From: Macrostomum lignano
Taxonomy: Eukaryota
Assembly (NCBI GenBank): GCA_002269645.1
Contig: NIVC01002382.1
Span: forward strand, 1-64,000
Length of the DNA stretch: 64,000 bases
Direction: 5' to 3'
Below are positions 11,699 to 27,987 of this stretch, piece by piece. Below the pieces are notes generated by a model that ran no database searches, was not told where the DNA came from, and saw only the letters and a program-made list of their open reading frames with translations. Each line of letters begins with the position of its first letter. Position 1 is the stretch's first letter. The translations under genes were made by a program, and so were the position numbers.

Positions 11699-12203
11699 TT
11701 GGGGTAGTTGATTTTTTGACAAATCGATTTTTCCGAGCTTTGGTGACGACTTCTTGTCAGGAACTATTAGCTTTGTAACTGAGGTAGAGGATGATTGCAT
11801 CTAGCTGCAGTGTTTCTAGATCTGTGCTTTGAATCCACTAATTTCACCGAAAGAATATAGCTGTCTAAATTTAGTGAAACTCGCAACATTTTTTGTTAAA
11901 AATTGCCTAACAACTTCTATAGCATAACAGCAGCCCGTTTCCACCCCAGTTGCAAACCCTAGCAAACATGCAGCTGTGCATCACCCACATAATCTTTCTA
12001 TTTTAAAACAAATCGCCAAGTTTTTGTGTAAATTCATGTTCGCTTGTGATTTTTTTGTTTCGCCTTGTTGTAGGAAAGCAAACAAAAATATAAGAAACAG
12101 CAGCAACAACATCTTTGAACCATCTTTTTGTTGCATGAGACATCTGCAAAACTTTTTTTGTTTCATGTTGTCCTTCTAAACAGTTGGAGTGAAAGCATGG
12201 AGG

Positions 12204-12480
12204 AGTCAGTCAGTCAGTCAGTCAGTCAGTCAGTCAGTCAGTCAGTCAGTCAGTCAGTCAGTCAGTCAGTCAGTCAGTCAGTCAGTCAGTCAGTCAGTCA
12301 GTCAGTCAGTCAGTCAGTCAGTCAGTCAGTCAGTCAGTCAGTCAGTCAGTCAGTCAGTCAGTCAGTCAGTCAGTCAGTCAGTCAGTCAGTCAGTCAGTCA
12401 GTCAGTCAGTCAGTCAGTCAGTCAGTCAGTCAGTCAGTCAGTCAGTCAGTCAGTCAGTCAGTTAGTCAGTCAGTCAGTCA
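12204..12480. repeat. (CAGT)n tetranucleotide microsatellite
   Basis: Near-perfect run of about 270 bp. Confidence 0.98.
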
Positions 12481-12735
12481 TCTACCTAATTTCTACAAAA
12501 AGCAAGTGCAGCGTTTGAGTGAGTTGTTCGGCGTTCAGTTTTGTTGTTGTAAAAAGCATCATCTAACACGAGAAACGAAAATATTGAACGCATCATTTAG
12601 GCTTGTTGAGGTGTTGAAACTTGTTATATTTTACACACAAAAGGATCAGCTTGGCCAACAGTAACCAATTATTAACCAATCGTATTGTTTTTTCTATAAT
12701 AAAGGGTTTTCAGTCATTTAGTATATTTATCCAAT

Positions 12736-13130
12736 TCAGACCAGGGCCATAGCTGGGCACATCTGCACGGCTACCTTAGGCAGGGTGCCAGTCTTTCCCA
12801 GGGACTCCAGGCACCAGCTGTTGGCGCAGCCCAGAAGGTCAACTTCCTGCAATTTTTTAAATATTGGCGATTTTAATTAAACAAATTCTATTCAAATAGC
12901 AGAGCATCATTGCTCAGATCTGTGCTCACCTTGCCCTCGCCGTGGAAGCAATAGTTGCAGACGAACAGGCAGCGCTGCCAGCCGGACATCTCGGCGAAGT
13001 GCTCCGTCTCAATGCCCTCGGGTACGCCGCCGGCTGAACCACCACCCGAACGGACGGTGAAGGCCTGGCAGCCGATGGCAGCGGCCAGGAGCAGGCAGGC
13101 GATGGCGGACAGGCAGGGGAGCTGGCTCAT
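12736..13130 (-). CDS. Eclosion-hormone-like cysteine-rich neuropeptide precursor; exons 13130-12930 and 12846-12736
   Basis: Signal peptide MSQLPCLSAIACLLLAAAIGCQA; 83-nt intron AAG|GTGAGC...TTGCAG|GAA. Spliced product ends RCLFVCNYCFHGEGKEVDLLGCANSWCLESLGKTGTLPKVAVQMCPAMALV* (C-x3-C-x2-C-x12-C-x4-C-x17-C). Confidence 0.75.
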
Positions 13131-13808
13131 GCTGATGCGCTTGGCGAGAGTCTTGCGATTAGCGGTAAAAATGCTTTGCTTGCAATAGCGACTCGGTCCG
13201 GGAGCTGAGCGATCGACACTGTGAGCTGGCCGTCCAGCCGGCGCCGGTGCTGCTCCTTTTAAGCGGCCACTTCCCCACCCCCATCCATGATTTCTTGGTC
13301 ACGAGTCGGTATAGCGATGCTCCGCTGAGCAGGAAGTGGAGCAGGTCTTGGGGCAATTTTTTGGGTCCTGATTGCTCTCTTCCTATAAGCTGCAGCCTCC
13401 TCAGTTGCCCCGGGGCTGGGCATGTATAATTGCATCGGTATCTTTGAAGCAACTGAGCTACGCCGAGCTTTTTCGAGCATACTCTCGAAAGCAATTTATA
13501 AACCGCTTTCGGCTGGATAAATTTGGAAATGCAGATTTCTCATAATTACAATTATTCCCTTCCCTGACGGAATTGCCTCAGGTCAGGTTGGTGAGGCAGG
13601 TCTTCTAGAACGGAAGGTTTTTTGTTTCCTGCAATTTTCTTGCTAGTTTTTCAAAGAGCGAAGTGGCAGCTATAAATATACACTGTGACTCAGTTCAGTC
13701 TCAAGTATTGAGCTGTTCTTGAATTGGAAGATGACACGATATGGCACTGCACAATATACACGCTATTACAGATTTTAGGTAAATTTAAACGTCATGTAGC
13801 GGGAGGTG

Positions 13809-13965
13809 GCAAAGCAGCTCAGTGTGGTAAACGGTCTGACTCTCGCTCTGCGACCCCAGGTTTGATCAATTTGACCAATCCCCAAGGCACAGAGAGTGTA
13901 CATGCCCGACGAATAAAAAAGTCAGGGCCGCTGTACACCCTGTGTGAGCGTGTGCGTGAGTTCGT
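13809..13965 (+). mobile_element. SINE copy with degenerate tRNA-like head
   Basis: GCAAAGCAGCTCAGTGTGG..CTGACTCTCG..GGTTTGATC head plus the shared CCCCAAGGCACAGAGAGTGTACATG...GTCAGGGCCGCTGTACACCCTGTGTGAGCGTGTG body. Confidence 0.65.
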
Positions 13966-14091
13966 GCCTGCGTACAGCATTGGCGAGGTTGTGTGCTCAG
14001 GAGTCACCATGACGTTGTGTGACCATGTCGCCAAAGGCGTTTTGCCAGGATGCCTGCAAGCCTTCTTCATTAGTGTTACGCGGTATTGTAT

Positions 14092-14941
14092 TATAGCATT
14101 TTCCAAGCCAATTGAGCCTAGGAGCAAGCAATTTAACCCTTATTGGGAGAATCAAGCTATTGAAGACTTGTTTTTAATTGTCTATGGCCCGAAAGGGGGT
14201 CTATGGAGCAACCAATTTGAGAATCTGGGCGCGCAATTAATCCTTTTCACAGTGCTCGTGTATCCTTCACAAATAACTTCACTGAAATAATGTCTGCAAG
14301 TAGATGGCATATCAAAAAACGATTGACATTAACACTTTGATTTCAGAGAAACCAATCAAAACAGGCAAATGCAAAACCATAGCATACAGTAAAGCCGAGA
14401 ACAATCGTGTCTCTCAAAACAGTGTTGGACAGATTGAAATCAAACCCGATCAATGTTCAGAGCTCTTCAACGTCATTAGAGGATTGCTATCCAGTGATAA
14501 AAGAAGCAGTTGCATGTGTTGCTCTTCCAGTTACGATGCTCGATCTCCACCCCCTCGTGCGCGGCCCCGGCGTCCCGTGATTTCATAGCGACGCCTGTTA
14601 GAATACACTGTTTTTCTCTTTACGTCCAGCCATCGCGAAATGTCCGCAGCACTATCACATTTCTCGATAGCAGCGACAATCAGGACGTACTTTTCGTTGC
14701 TTATCTCGCGATAGGGTTCTCGCCCTGCAGGATTCTGCTCAACCACTGCATCTTGGGCTGTAGCAAAACTTTTGTCACTGCTCTGCTCGCTAAATTATTC
14801 GCCTGCTATATTTATGTTTGTTTGCTCCATAGACCCCCCATTCGGGCCATAGACAATGAAAAATAAGTCTTCAATAGCTTGATTTTCCCACTAAGGATTA
14901 AATTGTTTGCTCCTAGGCTCAATTGGCTTGAAAAAGCTATA
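14092..14941 (-). mobile_element. Non-autonomous Tc1/mariner-type DNA transposon with long TIRs
   Basis: About 120-bp inverted repeats (..AAGCCAATTGAGCCTAGGAGCAA..CTATGGCCCGAA..GTCTATGGAGCAA) with TA ends. The internal minus-strand frame 14531-14746 encodes an HTH-like remnant (ISRWLDVKRKTVYS..RRYEITG..RGGG). Confidence 0.75.
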
Positions 14942-15191
14942 TTACTCCATTTATTAGCGACCGCAATGTTTATCGGTTATTATTTGTCGGGTATACAGTA
15001 CATACGCACACCCGCGCACAGATTCTTCGGAAGTCTTGGCCACAGACATTTTGCAGAATTAGCTGCATGCTGAGAATTCTCGTTCGCTCATTCATAGGCA
15101 AGAAAGCAAAGTAAGCCTGGCAGCGCTGATTCCATAACTCAAAAATCTGTTGGAACAGCTGTCAGCAGCTCCTCAAAGTACACTTAAAATA

Positions 15192-15548
15192 ATGAACAAT
15201 AGCGCTTGCAGCGCTGACTGGCAGCTAGCGGCTTGTAGGCGGCCTCGTAGGCCCTGCACAGATTCCAGCGTGAACTGGAAGGACTGCGTGCATCGCTGGA
15301 AACGAAGCCGAGACAAATGGCGATTCGAGGCTGTCGGCCTGCAAAAGCAACTGTACGAGCTGACGGGCAGCGCGCAGCACTGGAGTCGTCAGGCGAGCGC
15401 GGCCCAGTCCCAGCTGGCCCAGGCGCGAGGCGCTCTGAACGGCTGGCGGGCTGACACCTACCGCGGCAGGGAATCGGCCGGCCAGTGGAAGGCTCAAGCA
15501 ATCGGCTGGCGCGAGGAGGCCCGGCGTTGGAAGCTGAACTGCGGTTAG
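15192..15548 (+). CDS. Orphan 118-aa coiled-coil protein with Trp heptad periodicity
   Basis: GC-rich ORF in an AT-rich context. Trp at residues 29, 36, 43, 64, 85, 99, 106 and 113 (all the same position mod 7), Leu at 50 and 57. Confidence 0.55.
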   Translation: MNNSACSADWQLAACRRPRRPCTDSSVNWKDCVHRWKRSRDKWRFEAVGLQKQLYELTGSAQHWSRQASAAQSQLAQARGALNGWRADTYRGRESAGQWKAQAIGWREEARRWKLNCG

Positions 15549-17060
15549 CTGATGGACCGAAAGGACGACAGGCAGATTGGCCTGATGTGCCGGGCCAGGC
15601 AAACACAGCGCGCCGAGCTGCTGCGCAACCAGTTTAGCGGGTGATGTCAATAGATCTACTGTTCGCCGCTTTCTTAATGGATTGTGTCAAACGCATTGAG
15701 CTATCGAAAGCGGAGCTCCGGAGAAATATTCGTGTGATGCTTTTTTCATCAAGACTATCGAAAATAAAGTCATTTTTATTTTAACCGCAGGTGCTTAGGT
15801 TTTTTTTTCTGAAAAAATTCATAACAAGCCTTCAACGACTTTGTTGTTTTATGTTTGTGCATAAATCGAACTAAAAAGAAATTTAATATCTACCCAGCCG
15901 GCCCCGTCGACGAGTTCTCGTTTTAACTGTTATTACACTTAGCCGTAAGAAATAGGCGAAGTTGCTGCATTGCGTATTGGCTTTATGGTAGACAACGCAT
16001 GCATGTTACCATTGATGTGTTCCTTACTACCAAGACTTTGTTAGTAATCAAGGAACAATCACTTCTAGCTACACTGCTATAGGCAACCCAGTAATCCAAT
16101 GAAGCTAGGTATCTCTTACCTTGATTCCTGATCAGTTGTTCGCTTCTTGAGTCTTGTTCTCTTTCTTAATTAGTCTCGTTTCTTATCTTCCGGAAGTTTA
16201 GACGTCTTGAATCAGTTGTTCTGGTCCTGGTTCCTCTTGTACTTCCAATGAAGTCGTCTCCGACCGGTATCTGTGCCTCAAATCAGAAGCTTCAAATCAA
16301 CAATAGGGATCCCTGCGCCGCGCTGCGGTTTCAAATAAGCCTTCTCCTTCTAGCAGTGTCTTAAATACACTCTAGGTATAGCTCCGGTAATCACTGATAG
16401 TCCTCTGGTGACTACGAGTATCAGGGTAGTCCTTCTGGAGACTACAAACAATGGAGTCGCAATTAGACTCAGTAACAACAATAATATCGAGTCGACTCTA
16501 ACACCTGGTGCAAATGAGTAGGGCTTACCGCAAGAACTCAGCCGAGTCTCGGTTGACTTGGTCTGAAGGAAGTTCCTCGCCGACTTGCTCTTCGGAGCTC
16601 TTCTTCCCTCTGGAAGGTTCTCTGTAGCCTCTGTTGTTGCTCCGGTCCGCTTGTCGGACCACTTGTATTTATAGGCGATTTTGCTAACTATAATTATAGC
16701 AACATGACTCATGTGTTTCACATTAAATAGTAACATGATTCATTTTGGGTTATAAATAGTATCATGATTCACTCCTTTGCTATAAATATTATCATGATTC
16801 ATAGTTAACGTTTCGGTGCGCATGTGTGCTTTGTTCTACTTACAGTAACATTCTATGAATAAACTACATTAACAATTTTTATCATTTTTGTGGGAAGTAG
16901 AATAACACTACACCATATGCATACTTGTATATGGTACCGCGGTCCTGCGCTGAACGCTCTCTTAACACTGCATATCCCTCTATATCAAGCACGCAATCGA
17001 ATCGGAACTACGTAAGCTCATACAGCAACATTTTGATGTTTATGCATGAATAAATGATAT

Positions 17061-17767
17061 TGTGACGAATAAGGCGAATAAGACGGTCTTGTGTAGCGGT
17101 TAATTTAGATAGTTTACGATTAGTTAGCAGATCGGCAAGCCGCTTCCACCCTTAGACTTTTTACTTTTACTAGTGCTACTTAAAATTGCTGGATCAGTTG
17201 ATTAACTAATTAATTGGTGGGCCAAGGTAGACGGCGGAAGAGTTGGTGTAAGGAGGCCAGATAGCGTCACAGCTAAGGGTTAGCGAGCCTAGGTCGAGAA
17301 GCGAAGCAAGGGCCGAAGGGCGAGAGCGGCTGCTGACTGTAGCGTAAGCATATATTTAAAGGTAAACAGATACCAACACCCTTAATCCAAACCCCAGGCA
17401 AACAACCCCCCACGCGGCGCGCAATGTACATGTACAAAGTAATCGATAAAATATATCATGCAAGAATAATTAACATACGTCAGTACATGTACATAGGTAG
17501 AACTACTTTACGAGAAATAATAACGATATGAATGAAATACAAATAATATAATAAATACATACGAGGCTACAAAAACAAAGCAATTAACAGTAAAAATAGC
17601 GCGATAATAATATGTACGAATTGTACGAACGAACAATTGTATGTACGAACCGTACTAACTCATTTTACCATTTATTGGTAAAATAAATGAAAGAATACAG
17701 TAGTAGTACGGTATGCATATGAAAATAAACAAATACGATACACGCTTCTACGAATCACACTGTCACA
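17061..17767. mobile_element. Solo LTR (707 bp)
   Basis: TGTGAC...GTCACA termini flanked by a 4-bp ATAT direct repeat on both sides; internal TATA-like TATATTTAAA. Confidence 0.6.
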
Positions 17768-18087
17768 ATATACATGTATACAGATGTAAATTTCACACAC
17801 GTTGCAGATGTTAGAAGGCAATAAATACGCATGTACATGCATTACTGTACACGTGTTGTACTATGCACGCATAAAAAGCTTACGATTAGCCTTGACTTGA
17901 CTAGATCAGAATAAAAAGTTGTACATATAGTTTGTGTGCAGAGCCACCTGATCCGCTCAAACAAACTACAGGCATCAACAGCATCATGATATGTAAATGA
18001 ATGCACATGTAGTCGTTTTTATAGCGAGTTACAGTTGCTCAGTAATTGGTGCTTAAAAATCTATCGTATTCTGACTATAATATCTTA

Positions 18088-18215
18088 TTTCCTGCAAGCG
18101 GGTATCGGATTGCAAAAGGGATGCCACCCCGCCGCAGTCACATTGCAATCTTATTTCCAGCAAGCGGGTATCGGATTGCAAAAGGGATGCCACCCCGCCG
18201 CAGTCACATTGCAAT
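18088..18215. repeat. Two-copy direct repeat (~70-bp period)
   Basis: GCAAGCGGGTATCGGATTGCAAAAGGGATGCCACCCCGCCGCAGTCACATTGCAATC occurs twice. Confidence 0.85.
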
Positions 18216-18650
18216 CACACCGGAGTAATCACATTGAGAAGATAAAACTGTACAAAGTTTTGTAAAATGTGTCTAGTTTTATTTTTAAGCCAGGTCATGA
18301 CATTTTGAAATTTATAGCTTTGATACACAATATTAGCACTTACTTTTATGTGTTGTTTTGAACTTTTTCCTATAAATGTTGACGCGCGTGTCAGTTTCTA
18401 TGAAACAGTATTTTTTGACCTGACATTTGTCTACACTCAAACTCATCAGCCTTGTTAGAAATTTACATAGTAGTAGGGCTGATTAAATAATATCTATCAT
18501 ACTTGACACAGGCCTATTAGTAATTAGTAATCATTAAGGCTGTCTACTGCTATATTCTAACTACTGCTGCTCGAGGGTGTTTGGTTTCAATTTTTTAAGC
18601 TCTATTTGCCATTGCCAGTTAGGTATGATAACTCATCATGCGATGCTCAT

Positions 18651-18830
18651 CAGTGATGGGCACGGCTAAATTTATTTTTAGTGCCGCTAATTAGTGCTGT
18701 CACTAACTGATAGAAGAAAAAAATTAGCAATCGCTAATTAGCGGGCACTATAATTTCTACTTTGAATTTAGCATAGGGCCTAATTAGCACTGCTAATTTT
18801 GAAATGCACTAAGGGGGGCTAATTAATAAA
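18651..18830. mobile_element. Possible hAT-type element end
   Basis: CAGTGATGGGC terminus followed by repeated GCTAATTAG subterminal motifs; matching other end not found. Confidence 0.3.
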
Positions 18831-20799
18831 TACATTTAATATAAACTGCTTTTTCACACGTATTTATGTGTTTTTGCACATTTTGAACTCACACGTTTTA
18901 AATGAATATAAGCTAATAATGCTATTCCTAATAATATGTATTTATTATCAATCCTAGGCCTAATAAAAAATCCTCAAGCCGCTGAACTGTTAAAGCAACA
19001 ATTGGTAGAAAGATTTCCTAAATTACAATGCTGTTTGCCTTGAAAAATGTCAAGGGCCCTTGCTACTGGGGCCATGGCCTTCTTATACTCAAGAAAGAAG
19101 ATAAGATCATCAGCTTAAAATGGTAGTACAGGTTACGGGATTTATTAACCCCACTATCACCCTGTTGATTGTCTAAATAAGTCTGATTTTATATTGTCTT
19201 TTTATATAGAGATAGAATAAATTTTCTTCCAATAGAATAGAATAAATTAGGATATAAAAAGTAATAAATATTTTAACTATTTGCCCTTAGGCTAGGGTAA
19301 ACAAAGTACAAAATAGTATAGTATAGTATAGTATATATTAACTACAAGTCAATATATACATTTTTATCTGCAATATATGCATATAACAGTATATATGACA
19401 AGACATACTATTGTTCACAATACAAGACCCTTGGTACCCTATTGGAATAAATGGACAAAAGGCGTCTGACCATCTATTACAATTTTAGAATTTTCCAATT
19501 TCGCGTTACAGCTAGAGCCAAGCCAGTATGGTGCAGTTTTGGGTAAACAGCAAGAGTAACTATGATTATCTTATTAAGGCTAAATGCCTCATTATCAAAT
19601 TAGTACTATGTCCATATTCAATGCAAAAGTTAATAAGATCTATGTTATATTGAATTTTTGAGCTATAATTTTAGATCTCATGTTGCAAATCCATAGGTTT
19701 TCTACACTTATTCCAATAGGGCCTTGGTACCAAGGCTATAGCTAGATATGCCACTATATATCTATGTACTATCTAGGCCCTACTAAAAAATACTAGGATA
19801 AACAGCCAAACAAATATTATTATTGCCTTTAAGTTTAGAATCAAAGAGCTTATGCAAGCTTGTAAGCTTGTAATAAAGTACTGAAACAATTTTTTGCATG
19901 TATTAATTTTCTACTAGAAATAGTATCATTGAAACAACAGAAAAATTAACCAAATTATCTGCCAAAAAGGATTGATTATACAATTCAAAAAAGGTGATTT
20001 ATTGTCACAATGTAAAAAAGGTAATTTATTCTTGCAACACCAGCATAGTTTTGAGAATAGGCATGCATTTTTAGGCCTAACTATTTAATTTTTGTTTGGG
20101 TGTGCACTAAGCATGATCCAGACTATGGGTTAGGCTTAATATTAGGCCTAATACTTTATGAAAACTGACTATAAAAAAGTAAGGCTATCCTATAGAATCG
20201 TTTGTTAAACTTATTGTACACACATTCTTAATTATTTAATCAAAGAATTCAATGTTCAACTCAGTTCATATTCTAACTCTAAGCAATGATGCAAAGCAAC
20301 AGGCTATATCAACTCACAGCTAAGAGATACAGGAATATATTTTTCTTGGTTAGAATATAGGCTTATAGCAATATTTTTATATAGCTTATAAGAACCACTT
20401 TGCAGCTCATTTTGAATTGATGCTAGACTAAACAATAAGCAATATATTAGAGTGTATAGTAATATAACAAGTCATAAAATAGAAATAATTCTATAGTTCT
20501 CAACCTGTGGGCTGTGACCCCCAGTGGGGTTGCGTGACCATTTTTGGAGGGTTGCAGCACCAAGAAATGTGTGAGTATGTCATACTTAGGCTTGCTTTTT
20601 AAAGAACTAAAATATTAGTGTTGTTTATTTTCAATGCCCAATTACTCATAAATCTTGTAGTCTCAGGTTAATGAGTTAGTGATATATTTATTTCAATTTG
20701 TAAGTTTGCCATTTTTTAATAAATTACCTTCACAATGGATAAGATTGACAGAATTCACATTGGCATTAGATAGATTAGTGGTATTGGCATTGGTAAAGG

Positions 20800-21125
20800 C
20801 TGGCTTTTGTATTTTTAAAGGCAGGCATTTGCATTGGTAATGTCTGGCATTTGCATTGGTAATGGCTGGCATTTGCATTGGTAATGGCTGGTATTTGCAT
20901 TGGTAATGGCTGGTATTTGCATTGGTAATGGCTGGCATTTGCATTGGTAATGGCTGGTATTTGCATTGGTAATGTCTGGTATTTGCATTGGTAATGACTG
21001 ACATTTGCATTGGTAATGGCTGGTATTTGCATTTGTAATGGCTGGCATTTGCATTGGTAATGGCTGGTATTTGCTTTTGTAAAGACTGACATTGGAATCA
21101 GATTGGTGGCATTGGCATTAGCAAT
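20800..21125. repeat. 22-bp minisatellite (GGTATTTGCATTGGTAATGGCT)n
   Basis: Tandem copies visible upstream of ZnT7. Confidence 0.9.
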
Positions 21126-21228
21126 GGCTGCATTGACATTCATTGGCAATTGCTTCTTTAAAAAAGCTGGGTGCCAGAATGATGGAGCCTTGCCGCATGA
21201 CAGACCCGTATCGCTCAATTTCAGGTAA

Positions 21229-24598
<3,370 letters not shown>

Positions 24599-25029
24599 CA
24601 CTGTTGACCTGCCCGACTGCGTTTGATAGACAAAGTAAAGCAGGACTATTCCATGTCTAATGCATTGCCGCCATTGACCGCCTGTCTTTAATTTCCTCTT
24701 CTGTTGTCAACTTGGGGCTTCCTTTGTTAGTCTTTGTTTTACTGTGGCGTGTAAAAGAGTCCGTGAAATTGCTTTGGTTTGTTTGAAATTCCAATCATTA
24801 TCATTGATTTGAATTTGCGCCTAATTTGTTATCGAATTTTTGGTGACTGATTATATTTAATTATATAATTCGTTCGAATCGCGCTGCTTGGAAGTCCAGC
24901 ATGTCCTAACTATACTACTCGCTGATGTTTCTGATTATGCGCCAGATGTTTTCATACCTGAAGCATATGCGTTAAGTACTAGCTCCAAATAATCTTATTT
25001 TCCAAATAATCTTACAATTTCTGCGGAAA

Positions 25030-26570
25030 ATGGCACTTGATGCTGGAAATGGCATTATTGATGCGGGAAATGGCACTATTGGTGCTATAAATAGCATTAT
25101 TGATCCGGGAAGTAACACTATTGATGCTGGAGATGGCACTATTGATGCTGGAAATGGCACTATTGATGCTGGAAATGGCACTATTGATGCTGGAAATGGC
25201 ACTATTGATGCTGGAAATGGCACTATTGATGCTAGAAATAACACTATTGATGCTGGAAATGACACTATTGGTGTGGAAAATGACACTATTGAGCTCGAAA
25301 TGGCACTATCGATGCTGGAAATGGCACTATTGATGCTGGAAATGGCACTATTGATGCTGGAAATGGCACTATTGATGCTAGAAATAACACTATTGATGCT
25401 GGAAATGACACTATTGGTGTGGAAAATGACACTATTGAGCTCGAAATGGCACTATTGATGCTGGAAATGGCACTATTGATGCTGGGAATGGCACTATTGA
25501 TGCTGGAAATGGCACTATTGATGCTGGAAATGGCACTATTGATGCTGGAAATGGCACTATTGATGCTGGAAATGGCACTATTGATGCTGGAAATGGCACT
25601 ATTGATGCTAGAAATAACACTATTGATGCTAGAAATAACACTATTGATGCTGGAAATGACACTATTGGTGTGGAAAATGACACTATTGAGCTCGAAATGG
25701 CACTATTGATGCGGGAAATGGCGCTGTTGATGCTGGAAATGGAACTGTTGATGCGGGTAGTAACACTATTGATGCTAGAAATAACACTATTGATGCTGTA
25801 AATGGCACTATTGATGCTGGAGATGGCACTATTGATGCTGGAAATGGCACTATTGATGCTGGAAATGGCACTATTGATGCTGGAAATGGCACTATTGATG
25901 CTAGAAATAACACTATTGATGCTAGAAATAACACTATTGATGCTGGAAATGGCACTATTGATGCTAGAAATAACACTATTGATGCTGGAAATAACACTAT
26001 TGATGCTGGAAATGGCACTATTGATGCTGGAAATGGCACTATTGATGCTAGAAATAACACTATTGATGCTGGAAATGACACTATTGATGCTGGAAATGAC
26101 ACTATTGATGCTGGAAATGACACTATTGATGCTGGAAATGACACTATTGATGCTGGAAATGGAACTATTGATGCGGGTAGTAACACTATTGATGCGGGAA
26201 ATGGCACTATTGATGCTGGAAATGGAACTATTGATGCGGGTAGTAACACTATTGATGCGGGAAATGGCACTATTGATGCTGGAAATGGAACTATTGATGC
26301 GGGTAGTAACACTATTGATGCTGGAAATGGCACTATTGATGCTGGAAATGACACTATTGATGCGGGTAGTAACACTATTGATGCGGGAAATGGCACTATT
26401 GATGCTGGAAATGGAACTATTGATGCGGGTAGTAACACTATTGATGCGGGAAATGGCACTATTGATGCTGGAAATGACACTATTGATGCGGGAAATGGCA
26501 CTATTGATGCTGGAAATGGAACTATTGATGCGGGTAGTAACACTATTGATGCGGGAAATGGCACTGTTAA
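25030..26570. repeat. 21-bp minisatellite (CACTATTGATGCTGGAAATGG)n
   Basis: Tandem copies; source of the long spurious ORFs in several frames. Confidence 0.97.
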
Positions 26571-27410
26571 TGTGGAATGATGGGAAATGGCACACCAATA
26601 ATCTTGCCTCCCTTATTGCCTTCTGTTGGCTTATATATTTCACTGTCCCCCTGTCTCTGCTAGCGTTCATTTTAATATGTAGGAAGGATCCTCAGATTTA
26701 GTTAATTTGAAATCATTTTAGTTGACTCTGTGTTCTTTTTTGCTCCTTGCATTTTTTAAATATCACCTTTTTCATTTAATTGAACTAGTTTTTTGCTATT
26801 TGTTTTTTTGTCTTATTTAGGTGTGCGATGCTACTTAAATCAGTAGTGCGTATTGTCTCGGTAAATTTATTGTACTAAATAAAATATTAGAACTAGATAG
26901 ATAGAAACTATTAATGCAAATAAAAGCTATAAGTTTAAAAAGAGTCTAATTTGGTTAATAAGATTATTAAAATACATTTAAACTACCTGCAATACAAATA
27001 TGCATATGTATTTGGTGTCTTTTCAAGCTCTCTAAACACATTGTATAGCTGCCCAGATGTGTTTTTATTTCTATCGATTTGTCAGTCTATCTGTGGTGAT
27101 TTTTAATTTAATTTTGATTTTACTCTTTCTGCTCTTTGTAATTGTCTTCTGCTTTTGTGTTTTCGGCTGTCGGATAACAATAAATGATTGATTTGTGTTG
27201 TACTTTATAAATTCTATCTGTAGCGATTAATAAAACTGCAAATTACCTTGGGACTTTGCTGGCTTCGACCGCGCGACTTCTGTGCAGTTCTTTGTTTGTT
27301 TTTGAAGCTCAACTTTCTGCTCAGAAGTAACCTTTATGCAGTTTCCTAATCCCTTATCTAAGCTTAATCATCTACTCTCCTCAGTTCTACCCGATTGTTT
27401 ATCCCTCTGT

Positions 27411-27898
27411 CAGTGGCGTAGCCAGGTATTTCAATTGGGGGGGTGGGTTGGCCTGGCTGGCCATGCCTTATGCCATTGCCACTTTTGGCGCCGCAGGCAC
27501 TCATTTTGGCGCCGCAGGCACTCATTTTGGCGCCGCAGGCACTCATTTTGGCGCCGCAGGCACTCATTTTGGCGCCGCAGGCACTCATTTTGGCGCCGCA
27601 GGCACTCATTTTGGCGCCGCAGGCACTCATTTTGGCGCCGCAGGCACTCATTTTGGCGCCGCAGGCACTCATTTTTGCGCCGCAGGCACTCATTTTGGCG
27701 CCGCAGGCACTCATTTTTGCGCCGCAGGCACTCATTTTGGCGCCGCAGGCACTCATTTTGGCGCCGCAGGCACTCATTTTGGCGCCGCAGGCACGCAATT
27801 GCCTCATGGTTTTTTGTACCCGCCGCGCCCAACCCCACCCCCCAGGTGATTAGGGGAGGGGGGCCGCGGCCCCCCCGCCCCCCCTGGCTACGCCACTG
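27411..27898. mobile_element. hAT-type MITE carrying a 21-bp internal tandem array
   Basis: Perfect 16-bp TIR CAGTGGCGTAGCCAGG / CCTGGCTACGCCACTG; 8-bp TSD CCCTCTGT / CCCGCTGT (1 mismatch); internal (GGCGCCGCAGGCACTCATTTT)n. Confidence 0.85.
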
Positions 27899-27987
27899 CC
27901 CGCTGTCCCTCACTTCTCTCCCCAGTTCTACCCGATTGTTTATCCCTCTTTACTCCTTAATCACACTGAGTTCGCTACGGACTCCAG

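Noticed and set aside
16004-16850. Second LTR-like segment (TGTTAC...GTAACA, minus-strand TATAAATA)
   Set aside because: No target-site duplication was found for either candidate right end, so it is not supported enough to call.
20493-20560. Charlie/MER5-like hAT end (..GTTCTCAACCT..GACCCC)
   Set aside because: Too short and degenerate, with no partner end or TSD.
25030-26701. Long ORFs (up to 412 aa) in several frames
   Set aside because: They are products of the stop-free 21-bp minisatellite, open on both strands, with no protein-like complexity.
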